Below, piece after piece: positions 42,790 through 43,103 of a DNA stretch of 43,103 nucleotides; the stretch's first letter is position 1; each line of letters opens with the position of its first letter. The notes under the pieces are model-generated. The model had not been told where the DNA came from, ran no database searches, and was given only the letters and a program-made list of their open reading frames with translations. This DNA comes from a virus. The stretch lies in UHGV virus genome UHGV-0195171, one strand, 5' to 3'. The position numbers were made by a program, and so were the translations under genes.

Positions 42790-43023
42790 TTAAGCTGCGT
42801 TCTGTTCGGGGATGCCATCGGTAGGTTTCCGATAAATGTTTGGTAGCAGGTCATGTGGTGTTACCTGATACCCGGTGGCCGCAGCCCATTTCAAGGCCGT
42901 TGCAGCCCCAAGCAGGCATTTACCAGAGGCGACACGACTTACATACCCCTGTGATTCACCGACCAATTGAGCAAAGTCCTGCTGGCGCACGCCAGAGGTC
43001 TTCAGATAGTTTTTGAGATCCAT
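42790..43023 (-). CDS. Cro-like HTH regulator
   Basis: 77 aa from the ATG at 43023 (MDLKNYLKTSGVRQQDFAQLVGESQGYVSRVASGK…) with a GAGGAAG SD. First gene of the minus-strand early operon. Confidence 0.6.
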   Translation of the reverse strand: MDLKNYLKTSGVRQQDFAQLVGESQGYVSRVASGKCLLGAATALKWAAATGYQVTPHDLLPNIYRKPTDGIPEQNAA

Positions 43024-43103
43024 ATGTCTTCCTCGGTATATGTGACACATGAATATTAGTATCACGAATACAAAAGTGTCAATAGCTACACGATTGGGAG
43101 TAA
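43024..43103. promoter_or_regulatory. immunity-switch intergenic region with CGAATA-type operator-like half-sites (continues at 1-18 if the sequence is circular)
   Basis: TCACGAATACA at 43062-43072, TTGCGAATAAT at 8-18, and the reverse-complement TTACGAATATT at 551-561 next to the pL-like promoter. Confidence 0.3.

Noticed and set aside
1-43103. CRISPR array, retron or diversity-generating retroelement
   Set aside because: No spacer-repeat arrays and no reverse-transcriptase ORF were seen. The GGAAAGACC repeats are irregularly spaced and tied to start codons, unlike CRISPR repeats.

Overview
The window reads as a nearly complete, circularly permuted genome of a temperate enterobacterial phage (about 43 kb). 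It has no tape-measure, sheath or tube genes. The late region (minus strand, 33.2 kb down to 8.5 kb) is ordered small terminase, large terminase, 554-aa portal, Gln-rich scaffold, 331-aa major capsid, small virion proteins, three very large internal/ejection proteins (one with a lytic transglycosylase domain), a lysis cassette (dual-start pinholin, SAR endolysin, nested Rz/Rz1 spanins) and a 1033-aa tailspike with a C-terminal self-cleaving chaperone domain. That layout is podovirus-like; epsilon15-type is a tentative guess. A lambda-like integration module follows: int, a DUF4224 excisionase-like gene, then an attP core made of the 3' 59 nt of tRNA-Ser(UGA) with three ATTCTAAG arm-type repeats and a bidirectional terminator. 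An early-left operon on the plus strand (19-6349) starts with a 154-aa HTH repressor that has no S24 peptidase domain, then its own terminator and a TTGACC-17-TAATAT promoter. Downstream come a GC-rich structured leader, a Rad52/Sak-like annealing protein with a roughly 440-aa N-terminal extension, a Gp157-family protein and a CsrA/RsmA-like small RNA-binding protein. An early-right/replication/nin-like operon on the minus strand (43.0 kb down to 33.2 kb) holds a Cro-like HTH protein, a YdaT-like protein, an O-like replication protein with four internal iterons, a DnaB-like helicase, a ParB-like nuclease, an MT-A70-type adenine methyltransferase, an AT-rich HNH endonuclease and a Ref-like HNH protein. 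The observations I rate most interesting are: (1) a 15-nt translation-initiation motif GAGGAAAGACC(A/T)ATG reused at eight or more gene starts on both strands, a cluster of decoy copies in small hairpins in the early-left leader, and a phage CsrA-like protein in the same operon, which together suggest a phage-encoded post-transcriptional control system; (2) two near-consensus LexA boxes in front of small genes, which with the non-cleavable repressor point to SOS induction through an antirepressor; (3) a plus-strand moron cluster inserted into the late region (two small secreted peptides, a membrane-anchored protein with four CxxC pairs, a 2-TM peptide); (4) an AT-rich 287-aa orphan gene and a deleted Hin/Pin-type invertase next to attP. 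All calls come from reading the sequence and ORF translations; no database search was possible.
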